NCBI RefSeq assembly: GCF_006345805.1
Contig: NW_021827806.1
Location: 1-9,968 of the forward strand
Direction: 5' to 3'
From: Octopus sinensis
Taxonomy: Eukaryota
Length of the DNA: 9,968 nucleotides
The notes under the pieces are model-generated. The model saw only the letters and a program-made list of their open reading frames with translations, did not search any database and had not been told where the DNA came from. The translations under genes were made by a program, and so were the position numbers. Of this stretch, positions 8,651 to 9,968 are shown piece after piece; the first letter of the stretch is position 1, and each line of letters begins with the position of its first letter.

Positions 8651-9069
8651 AGTGATAAGGAGAAGCAGTAAGAGAGATGTGTATGCAGATAAATATATAA
8701 AGATATGAAATATGAAATATATAAATGTGTGAAGATGGAATCAATTTTGCCAATTCTCCGACAAGTATTTCTGCTCTGCCAGTCCATTATAACACAACAT
8801 TATTGCATCTAATGGAATGATCAATGAAGGTCTGCTGAACCAAGCAGAATTATATGGTGCCAACATCTAAATTATTAGATACAGGTTGTATGGTGAAGTG
8901 CGGTGTTGTTGGTAGGATGTGATTGCCAAATAGATATATATGAATAGAGAATCGGGAGTGGAGCAGAATGTGAGAAGCGAATGTATTTATGCGTATTATG
9001 TTCATATCACGTCCGACATGTAAACATCATGTTTAACATCTAATATGTAATATATGAATCGAACATGAA

Positions 9070-9110
9070 TTTATATATATATATATGTATATGTGTGTTG
9101 TGTGTGTATT
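9070..9110. repeat. (TA)n(TG)n microsatellite
   Basis: Direct reading. Confidence 0.85.
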
Positions 9111-9968
9111 CATCTATGTATATTTAGAATAAACAGCAGCAGTAGGAGGAAAATAACAGGTAGTGGAAGAAAAACCGAGCTAATTACGAAATGAAATGTG
9201 GTTCGTGGTAATATTAAAGTGGTCCAGTTGGTTAGTGGTTGAAATGAATGAACGAAGAAAGGACTTTGATGAAATCGAATGCACTTAAGAAAATTAACTT
9301 GTTGAAATACTATTAATATTCTCAATATATATTGACTTCCAGCAAAGGGACCTGAAACTAATAAGCGATAATTAAGTCATCAAATATACATATACATAAA
9401 CAAATCTAATTATGTTTTCCAACAAAATCTTGTAAAGATTTTCTTTCGAAATTCAAATATCTGTAATATATCTGTTGCTTTTGTAGCTCAGTACGCGATG
9501 TTTCCAATTTTGTACTCTTGCTTTAAGCTTCGCTAAAATAACATATATTTATTAACATGCATCCCTAACATTATTAACTAATTTATTAATAGTTATTAGG
9601 TATTAGAAAAGAACCGTTTGCTAATAGATAAATATATCCATTCTACCCAATATTTCTATGAATTAAACATCTGAACTATGGTGTTGCTAGTGTCATGCTA
9701 GATTTATTACGTATAAGCTAATATACACAGAAAGATGACATTCAAACAATCGTAGTAGGCCACAATAACAAAAAGAACTCAATGTGACGAGGTCGGGTAC
9801 TAGCTTTTATTTTGTTATTATATCATGTTAATGTTACGATTTTTGTCAAGCGGAATCTGGCTAGAATCTCGGTCAAATCACATGCAAGATCCGTTCATAA
9901 TTTAAAAAAGCAATAATTATAATTTCTCTCTACACTGTTTGTGAAATAACACACTCATACACCACAAA

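Noticed and set aside
8831-8848. Hairpin TCTGCT-GAACCA-AGCAGA
   Set aside because: A 6-bp stem is expected by chance in 10 kb and has no supporting context.
1-9968. CRISPR array, rRNA, or prokaryotic/viral system
   Set aside because: No regularly spaced repeat-spacer units, rRNA motifs or dense coding. The architecture is that of a repeat-rich animal genome.

Overview
AT-rich, microsatellite-saturated eukaryotic DNA that looks intronic or intergenic. The repeat types resemble those I recall from octopus/cephalopod genomes (inference, not verified). No protein-coding gene can be supported: nearly all listed ORFs are translations of (TA)n, (CA)n, (TACA)n or trinucleotide repeats. Supported features are two minus-strand tRNA-headed SINEs (5027-5325, ~5853-6412), an orphan plus-strand SINE/LINE-type 3' tail (6828-6905), a 58-bp-arm inverted repeat (6483-6677) and a perfect 111-bp tandem duplication (3788-4009). 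The most notable item is a minimal type I hammerhead-ribozyme fold on the minus strand (7214-7261). It lies in a short non-coding block flanked by (TA)n, next to a second block with a broken hammerhead-like half. This suggests a cluster of non-autonomous Penelope-like/retrozyme-type elements inserted into TA microsatellites.
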